The translations under genes and the position numbers were made by a program. DNA of 32,112 bases from an uncultured Eubacteriales bacterium (GTDB lineage: Bacteria; Bacillota_I; Bacilli_A; RF39; UBA660): the NCBI GenBank assembly GCA_900320425.1, contig ONSF01000010.1, forward strand, positions 1 through 32,112. The letters run 5' to 3'. This document shows positions 8,939-15,762 of the stretch, in pieces. The notes below the pieces were generated by a model that was given only the letters and a program-made list of their open reading frames with translations, made no database searches and was not told the DNA's origin. Each line of letters starts with the position of its first letter. Positions within the stretch are counted from its first letter, which is position 1.

Positions 8939-9748
8939 ATGAATCAAATTGAATTAGATAGAAAAGAAATATCTCAATTAGTTAAAAAATACGTAACTAT
9001 TATTTTAGAAGAATATAAAGAATATATTCCCATAAATATTCAAAATAAATTAAAGTCGATTAAAGATTTTTATGATTATGTTTTAGTAGTTCCAAATCAT
9101 ACCATATCTTTATTTGCAAATCCAATAAATACTACCATTTATTTACCGTTTGACGCTTATAAAGCAATAGAAATATTAAAAAAACTTCCTGATTATGGAA
9201 TAGGTAAAAATCATAAAACTTATAAAGAAAATAATATCATTTTAAATGATAATACTTATAGAGATTTTGTTAATCATGTAATAATAAAAGGAGAAAGTTG
9301 TGTTGAGTACTTTAAAGAAATTTTATTACATGAAGTTATGCATATATGTGGGTCAAGTGGTTTTCATGCTTTATGTGAAGGATTTAATGAATTAAAAACT
9401 AGAGAAATAGCAGAAAAATATGGATTAGAAACATCTTACTGTGGTTATCCTAAAGAAGTTAAAATTGCCTATGAATTACAACAAATATTTGGAAGAAAAA
9501 TAGGAGATAAAATTAATTTCTTAGATTTTAAAGAAAGACTTATATTATTAGAACAGGAAGTGGGAGAAGAAGCAGCAACTCTTTATAAAAATATATTTGT
9601 AAGTATGGAAAAAGAATTCAGACCATATATTACAAAATCTTATCCCGCTCTTAATGGAATTAAAGAAAAGTGCGATGAATACGATAAGATTGATTATAAA
9701 GAGGTATATAGTTTTTTAAATGATTATAAAGATAAAAAGAAAAAATAA
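8939..9748 (+). CDS. Putative zinc metallopeptidase (gluzincin-like HEXXH...E), no signal peptide
   Basis: ILLHEVMHIC followed by ALCEGFNE, a candidate third-ligand helix. Confidence 0.65.
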   Translation: MNQIELDRKEISQLVKKYVTIILEEYKEYIPINIQNKLKSIKDFYDYVLVVPNHTISLFANPINTTIYLPFDAYKAIEILKKLPDYGIGKNHKTYKENNIILNDNTYRDFVNHVIIKGESCVEYFKEILLHEVMHICGSSGFHALCEGFNELKTREIAEKYGLETSYCGYPKEVKIAYELQQIFGRKIGDKINFLDFKERLILLEQEVGEEAATLYKNIFVSMEKEFRPYITKSYPALNGIKEKCDEYDKIDYKEVYSFLNDYKDKKKK

Positions 9749-9756
9749 AAATTTTC

Positions 9757-9787
9757 TTGACTCTCCCCTTAACTAGAGTGATATAGT
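9757..9787 (+). promoter_or_regulatory. MerR-type promoter/operator (19-bp spacer with dyad)
   Basis: TTGACT-N19-TATAGT with dyad arms ACTCT (9760-9764) and AGAGT (9775-9779), directly upstream of a MerR gene. Confidence 0.75.
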
Positions 9788-9813
9788 ACCTAAGTGAAGG
9801 GAGGGAGTATTAA

Positions 9814-9842
9814 TTGACAAATCAGTAATTTTATTATAAAAT
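9814..9842 (+). promoter_or_regulatory. Second, near-consensus sigma-A promoter of the merR-family gene
   Basis: TTGACA-N17-TAAAAT. Confidence 0.7.
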
Positions 9843-9866
9843 ATCTATAACTTTAAGGGGGTATAT

Positions 9867-10220
9867 ATGGATTATAAGATTGGAGAGTTTTCAAATTTAA
9901 CAGGACTTAGTATTAAAACACTAAGATATTATGATGAAATAAATTTATTAAAACCATCTAGAATAGATTTATATACAAATTATAGATATTATACTAATAA
10001 AGAACTTGAAACGTTTAAAAAAATAGAATATCTAAAAAAAGTAGGATTTACTTTAGTAGAAATTAAAAATATATTAGATAAAAATATTACTGTAGAAATA
10101 ATTGATAATAAAATAAAAGATTTAAGCGAAAAAAGAGATTATTTAGATATTCAAATAAAAGAATTAGTATCTTTAAAAAATAATACTAATTATAAAGTAA
10201 AACGTTTAACTAAAAACTAA
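9867..10220 (+). CDS. MerR-family regulator (BmrR-like HTH plus coiled coil, no ligand-binding domain)
   Basis: YKIGEFSNLTGLSIKTLRYYDEINLLKP...YRYY...GFTLVEIK. Only 117 aa. Confidence 0.92.
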   Translation: MDYKIGEFSNLTGLSIKTLRYYDEINLLKPSRIDLYTNYRYYTNKELETFKKIEYLKKVGFTLVEIKNILDKNITVEIIDNKIKDLSEKRDYLDIQIKELVSLKNNTNYKVKRLTKN

Positions 10221-10238
10221 TTTGTTAATTAAAAAAAT

Positions 10239-10424
10239 ATGAATAATAAAGAAAAAATTGAAAAATTAGAAACTATTAAACAAAAATATATAATAGTTAG
10301 AAATTTTATTTTAGATAATAGAGAAATTTTAACCAAAGAAGAAGTTAAAACTAAAGAACAAGGATATACGAAAACTCTTGTATTAACCAAACCTTATTAT
10401 GGAAAACAATTAAGAGTTGGGTAG
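10239..10424 (+). CDS. Small basic hypothetical protein (61 aa)
   Basis: ORF 18 nt after the merR stop. RBS weak or absent. Confidence 0.55.
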   Translation: MNNKEKIEKLETIKQKYIIVRNFILDNREILTKEEVKTKEQGYTKTLVLTKPYYGKQLRVG

Positions 10425-10454
10425 AAAAAAATATTTATTTTTCTTTACAACTCT
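10413..10454 (+). other. Imperfect inverted repeat separating the merR unit from the T4SS operon
   Basis: Outer arms AGAGTTG (10413-10419) and CAACTCT (10448-10454) with inner AGAAAAA/TTTTTCT. Confidence 0.4.
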
Positions 10455-10528
10455 AGAAAAAATAGATATAATAAGAATTCGTTTTTAAAAAGAAAGTTAT
10501 TTACTTTATTTTTTATTAATGATATACT
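10444..10528 (+). promoter_or_regulatory. Two tandem sigma-A-like promoters of the T4SS operon
   Basis: TTTACA-N17-TATAAT (10444-10472) and TTTACT-N17-TATACT with extended TG (10500-10528). Confidence 0.55.
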
Positions 10529-10561
10529 TAAATATATTAATAGGCTTTGGAGGTTGGTACA

Positions 10562-13012
10562 ATGGGTATATTCAGAAAGATATTTATTGTTTTAGATGCC
10601 GGGATATATGGAATACTTGAACAAATATTTCAATTAATTATAAATTTAGCAAATTTCGATTTGTTTGATGGAAATGTATTAAAAGAATTTTCAACGAGAA
10701 TTTATTTGATTTTAGGACTTGTAATGGTTTTTAAATTAATGATATCATTTATTCAAATATTAATTGAACCTGATAAAATGAGTGATAAAGAAAAAGGTGT
10801 TGGAAGTCTTTTAAGAAGAGTAGTGATAAGTTTAGTTTTAATTGTCTTAGTACCTTCTATTTTTTCAACAGCTAAAAGATTACAAAATTATATTATACCT
10901 ATTATTCCTAAGGTAGTAGTTGGGGTTGAAGCTGATGTTGATAGTAGTAATGTTGATTCTAATGCAACATATACTGCAGGAAATACTCTAGATGAAGAAG
11001 GAAATGTAATGATGTCAACAGGAAGACTTTTAGCATATTATTCATTTTTACCTTTCTTTTACTATGATAATGATCAGTGTAATGATGGAAGTTTATATGG
11101 AACAACAAGTGATGCATCTCTTGCAACAATTCATTCAGTAGGAGAGGCTGTAGGACCAGTTAACAATAAATGTGAAAGTTCAACAAATCCTGATAGATAT
11201 CGATATAATTATCGTTTATTAACTTCAACGATTGTTGGAGCTTATCTTGTTTATGTTTTAGTAACAGTTGCACTACAAATTGCTATTCGTACAATTAAAT
11301 TTGGACTATGTCAAGTACTTGCACCAATTCCTATTGCAAGTTATATTGATCCTAAAACATCAAAACAATCTTTTGATAAATGGGTACAAACTTCTATTAA
11401 AGTATATTTAGATTTATTTACAAGACTAATTGTTGTTTATTTTGTAATATTTATTTTTAGACTATTATTTGATCAAAGTGATCAATTAGTAGTTGGAGAA
11501 GTAACTTCAAGACTTTCCTTAATTATGGGAAAATATGGAGCATTTCAAGGACTTTTATTAATTTTATTTATAATAACAGGATTACTTCAATTTGCCAAAC
11601 AAATGCCTAAGTTTGTTTCTGATCTCTTAGGTGTTCCTGATGGATTTACTGATATTGGAGATATGTTTAAAGGAACAGGATTTAGAGCCCTTGGAACAAC
11701 TATTGGTGGAGCAGCAGGAATGGTTGCTAATCCAATAAGTAGTGCTATAACTAATTATGGATTATCAAGACAAAAAGGTGAAAGTCGTGCTACTGCACTA
11801 AGAAGAGCAGTTAATAGTGGTGTAGGCGGAGTTTTTAGATCTGGAAAAGCATTTGTTAATAATGAAGGATTTTCTGGTGCTTATACTAAAGCTCATACTA
11901 CAAGTATGAATAACGCTATAAGAAGAATGAATATTGCTGAAGATAAAAGACGCGAAAGAGATGAAAAACATAATAAACGTTATGCTAAGAATATGCTAAA
12001 TGCTAGGTATTCGAGTGTATATGGTACAGATTTTTCTGCTGATGTAAGAGAATATAATAGAAATCGTAAGGAAATTGAACATTTATCAAATGAAATTGTT
12101 AACTATGATAAACAGGTTGAACAATTAAGAGAACAAGCACGTTTGGCGGCTGCTAAAGGTGATACTGCAAAGGTTATGAATTTACGTAGTCAGGCAGCAC
12201 AATTAAGGGCTCAAAAAACCACTGCAGAAGGAAGAAAAACAACGTTATCAACTGCCAATGAAACATTTATGAATAATGTTAAAAGTGTGGCAGGTCCTCA
12301 ATTTGAACAATTGTGGGAAAATTACACCAAAGATATTCAACATGCGCCTGGAACTATTCAAGGTACTATTACAGATGCTTTGAATACCTTTACAGGAACT
12401 CCTGTTCCAACGTCTAGTTCATATGGTAAGGCGTCTTCGTTAATGGGAAGTGCTGATAATCTATTAAAAGATTGGTGTACTTTGGTTGATAAAGAGTCAG
12501 ATAAAGTTACTGAAGCAACAAATAAAACAGGAAAAAAAGTATCGGCTCAATTTGGTGGTAATAAAATATCTATTGCAGATTATGGTAAAGTAGTTAGTGC
12601 ATATATTGCTGCAACCTCTGGTGGTGGGCCTCAAACTTTAACGTTTGACATATTAGATGATAAAGGTCGTGTTGTCGGAACAACGGGTCCAGTTAGCTAT
12701 GATGCATCTGACTTAGAGACAATACATAAGAGAATGCAAAAAAGTGCTGCTATGATTGTTGGAGGAGCAATCGATAGAGGATTGTTAAAAGATCAAAAAA
12801 GAAAAGATGCTATTGAAGATGTTAAAACTCATATTGCTCGTGAAATGGTTGTAAGTCAAAATGATGCAGCAGAAGTAAATGGACTTCTTGGAGAAGGAAT
12901 CGAAGCTCTTGCTGGTAAGGGTGATGATCTTAGTAAAAGATTTACAAGAGAATCAACTGAAAGAGCTGGTCGTGAGCAACTTAAACAAGAGAAAAATGGT
13001 AATGGTCACTAA
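10562..13012 (+). CDS. Extended VirB6/TrbL(PrgH)-like T4SS polytopic membrane protein with a ~460-aa soluble C-terminal extension
   Basis: Multiple TM helices in the N-terminal ~360 aa with LAPIPIASYIDP...FDKW, typical of Gram-positive VirB6-like proteins. First gene before prgI/virB4. RBS GGAGG favours the ATG at 10562. Confidence 0.7.
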   Translation: MGIFRKIFIVLDAGIYGILEQIFQLIINLANFDLFDGNVLKEFSTRIYLILGLVMVFKLMISFIQILIEPDKMSDKEKGVGSLLRRVVISLVLIVLVPSIFSTAKRLQNYIIPIIPKVVVGVEADVDSSNVDSNATYTAGNTLDEEGNVMMSTGRLLAYYSFLPFFYYDNDQCNDGSLYGTTSDASLATIHSVGEAVGPVNNKCESSTNPDRYRYNYRLLTSTIVGAYLVYVLVTVALQIAIRTIKFGLCQVLAPIPIASYIDPKTSKQSFDKWVQTSIKVYLDLFTRLIVVYFVIFIFRLLFDQSDQLVVGEVTSRLSLIMGKYGAFQGLLLILFIITGLLQFAKQMPKFVSDLLGVPDGFTDIGDMFKGTGFRALGTTIGGAAGMVANPISSAITNYGLSRQKGESRATALRRAVNSGVGGVFRSGKAFVNNEGFSGAYTKAHTTSMNNAIRRMNIAEDKRRERDEKHNKRYAKNMLNARYSSVYGTDFSADVREYNRNRKEIEHLSNEIVNYDKQVEQLREQARLAAAKGDTAKVMNLRSQAAQLRAQKTTAEGRKTTLSTANETFMNNVKSVAGPQFEQLWENYTKDIQHAPGTIQGTITDALNTFTGTPVPTSSSYGKASSLMGSADNLLKDWCTLVDKESDKVTEATNKTGKKVSAQFGGNKISIADYGKVVSAYIAATSGGGPQTLTFDILDDKGRVVGTTGPVSYDASDLETIHKRMQKSAAMIVGGAIDRGLLKDQKRKDAIEDVKTHIAREMVVSQNDAAEVNGLLGEGIEALAGKGDDLSKRFTRESTERAGREQLKQEKNGNGH

Positions 13013-13034
13013 TTAAAAAGGGAGTGTGATATAA

Positions 13035-13364
13035 GTGAATAATAATCAGTATTTGATACCTGCAAATACAAAAAAGGGGAGTTTGATATTTGGAATTTTT
13101 AAACCTGCTGATTTAACAATATTTTTAATAGGAATAGGAATTACATTATTGATTTTAGTTATTATGTCTGCAACGAATACGATGAATAATGTTTTATCAA
13201 TTCTCGCGATTCTTCCGGGATTAATCGCTGTATTATTGATTTTTCCTTTTCCTAATTACCATAATATTAGAACAGCTTTGGGAGAATTAATTGCCTTTTA
13301 TACTAATAGACAAAAATATGTTTGGAGAGGATGGTGCAGTAAATATGAATTCAAAGACAAATAG
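13035..13364 (+). CDS. PrgI/VirB3-like small two-TM T4SS protein
   Basis: YLIPAN...LIFGIF then two TM segments and a C-terminal QKYVW. Canonical position upstream of virB4. Confidence 0.7.
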   Translation: MNNNQYLIPANTKKGSLIFGIFKPADLTIFLIGIGITLLILVIMSATNTMNNVLSILAILPGLIAVLLIFPFPNYHNIRTALGELIAFYTNRQKYVWRGWCSKYEFKDK

Positions 13365-13956
13365 TACTATGATGAATTCAAGAAATAGTACACCAAGTAA
13401 GACTAATAATAATCAAAATACTACATCAAGATATACAGAAGATTGGATTAATGTTAAAGGAATTCAGAATGGAACAATTATTCTTCCAGGTGGAGAGAAA
13501 GTTACAGGTGTAAAAATTTATCCAAAAAATATTTTTATTCTTGATTCATTACAACAAGAAAGTGTTTTGAATGCTATGAGAAACTTTTATAATTTACTTA
13601 ACTTTGAATTTTGGATGATTGCAGCTGATAGACCAGTAGATATATCTGTGTATCTTTCTCAACTTCAAATTATGCTTCAAAATGTATCTAATCCTGCTCA
13701 AGCAAAAATAATCGCTCAAGATATAGATAAAGCTAATATGTTTATTAATAATCAAGTTGTTGATACTGAATATTACATTTTATTTAAAGAAAAAAATAAT
13801 GATGAAATTCAAAGAAAATTACGCTTGATTATAAATGGACTAGGTCAAGCAGGACTTAATTCAAGTCAAACAACGAATGATGATTTAAGAACGATTTTAG
13901 ATAATTTCTTAAATGGTGGAGTTCGTACAGAATTTGGAACGGTGGTGACACAATGA
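13345..13956 (+). CDS. TrsD-like / separately encoded VirB4-associated N-terminal module
   Basis: DWINVKGIQNGTIIL...PKNIFILDSLQQESVLNAMRNFYNLLNF...RPVDISVYL resembles proteins between prgI and virB4 in Gram-positive (MPF-FATA) systems. ATGA overlap with virB4. Start moved to the ATG at 13345. Confidence 0.6.
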   Translation: MNSKTNSTMMNSRNSTPSKTNNNQNTTSRYTEDWINVKGIQNGTIILPGGEKVTGVKIYPKNIFILDSLQQESVLNAMRNFYNLLNFEFWMIAADRPVDISVYLSQLQIMLQNVSNPAQAKIIAQDIDKANMFINNQVVDTEYYILFKEKNNDEIQRKLRLIINGLGQAGLNSSQTTNDDLRTILDNFLNGGVRTEFGTVVTQ

Positions 13957-15740
13957 GTATCTTTAAAAGTGAAATAGCACCAAAGGGGTTACATTTTAAT
14001 CCAAGTGATTTTCATATAAGTGATAAGTATGCAACGATATTAACCGTTATTTCTTATCCAAGATTTATAACACCTGGATACCTTGCAGAACTTACTAATA
14101 TTGCAGGAATTAAAGTAGTTATAAAACATATTCCAGTTCCATTTTCAATGATGCAAAAGATGATTAATAAACAAATTGCTGATTATAAACAAAGATATCA
14201 AGATGAACGTGATAGAACTATGCAAGAGCGTCTTCGTCAAGAATATGAATCTTTGGAATACTTTGTTCAAATGCTTGCTGCTAATCAATCAACAATTTTT
14301 GATTTTCAAATGCATATAATGATAACTGCTAATTCAAGAGAAGAATTAGAACTTAGAAAATCTAATGTTAAAAATTATTTAGATTCAATTGAATTTCGTG
14401 CTGTAACTCTTAGATTTGAACAAGAGACAATACTAAAAAGTATGTTGCCAATTTTTCCTAAACAAAAAATTGAAGAAAGAATTGGGACGATTATTCCATC
14501 CGTTACTGTTGCCGGAATGTATCCTTATGTATTTGATTCAATTAAAGATCCGGGACTTTCTAATTTAATTGGAGTAGATTTTTCAGGAGGAGTAATTTTA
14601 TTTAATCAATTCTTATATAAAATGCGTAAAGAAAGTAATCGAAATAATGCTAATATGATTATTTTAGGAGGAAGTGGTTCAGGTAAATCAACGGCTGCTA
14701 AATTATTACTAAGAGGACATATTAGAAATGGTTGTCAAATTGTTGCAATTGATCCAGAAAACGAATTAGAAGAAATGACAGCCATGTTTGGAGGAGAAAC
14801 TATTGACCTTGGAAAAGGTGGAAGTTTTGGAATGATTAACCCTCTTGAAGTAATATTAGATGTTGATGAAGAAGAAATTGCTGAGGGACTTGGACATACA
14901 GTACTTACAAGAACACTTCAATTTTTAAAAGCTTTTATGAGATATTATTATCCAGATATTGAAGAAGATGTTCAAACTTTATTTAGTGAAATTGTTCAAG
15001 ATACATACAGACGTTTTGATATAAATTTTGATACTAATTTTATGAATAAAACTAGTCGTGATTTTCCAACATTTTCGGATGTATATGCAACAATTCGTGG
15101 AAGACTTACTTCAATGACTGAAAAAACTCATGAAAGAGATGTAATGGAACGACTTGAACTTAAGGTAAGACCATTTGTTCGAGAGTTAAGTTATTATTTT
15201 AATGGTCCAACAACTATAAGACGTGATAGTAATTATATTGTATTTAATATTAAAGAACTAATGAATCAAGATAGTAATATCAAAAATGCCCTTTTCTTTA
15301 ACATCTTAAAGTTTGCTTGGGGACTTTGTCTTGATAAAAGACGTGATACCATTTTAATGGTAGATGAAGCTCATGTTTTACTTGAAGGAAAAAATGTGCT
15401 TGGAGCTGATTTCCTTGCTCAGGTTCAAAGAAGAAGTAGAAAATATAATACAGGAACAATTATTATTACTCAACAACCAAGTGATTTTTCTGATCCTGAT
15501 GTAATTGTTCAAGGAAAAGCTATATTTGATAATGCATCATATTATATGATAATGCAACTTAGAAAACAAGCTGTAGAAGATTTAAGTCATTTGGTAGATT
15601 TAAATGAAAATGAAATGGAAAGTATAAAAAGATATACCCAAGGACAAGCATTATTTGTATGTGGATCTCGTAGAATGCAAATAGATGTTGTTGTAACACA
15701 AGAAGAATTAGATTCCTTTGGTTCAGGTGGAGGATTCTAG
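13953..15740 (+). CDS. virB4: VirB4-family T4SS ATPase
   Basis: NANMIILGGSGSGKS (Walker A), IDPENE, INPLE, PTFSD, MVDEAH (Walker B), RSRKYNTGTIIITQQPSDF, GQALF. Confidence 0.93.
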   Translation: MSIFKSEIAPKGLHFNPSDFHISDKYATILTVISYPRFITPGYLAELTNIAGIKVVIKHIPVPFSMMQKMINKQIADYKQRYQDERDRTMQERLRQEYESLEYFVQMLAANQSTIFDFQMHIMITANSREELELRKSNVKNYLDSIEFRAVTLRFEQETILKSMLPIFPKQKIEERIGTIIPSVTVAGMYPYVFDSIKDPGLSNLIGVDFSGGVILFNQFLYKMRKESNRNNANMIILGGSGSGKSTAAKLLLRGHIRNGCQIVAIDPENELEEMTAMFGGETIDLGKGGSFGMINPLEVILDVDEEEIAEGLGHTVLTRTLQFLKAFMRYYYPDIEEDVQTLFSEIVQDTYRRFDINFDTNFMNKTSRDFPTFSDVYATIRGRLTSMTEKTHERDVMERLELKVRPFVRELSYYFNGPTTIRRDSNYIVFNIKELMNQDSNIKNALFFNILKFAWGLCLDKRRDTILMVDEAHVLLEGKNVLGADFLAQVQRRSRKYNTGTIIITQQPSDFSDPDVIVQGKAIFDNASYYMIMQLRKQAVEDLSHLVDLNENEMESIKRYTQGQALFVCGSRRMQIDVVVTQEELDSFGSGGGF

Positions 15741-15762
15741 AAAACGAAAGTAGGTGAGTCGT

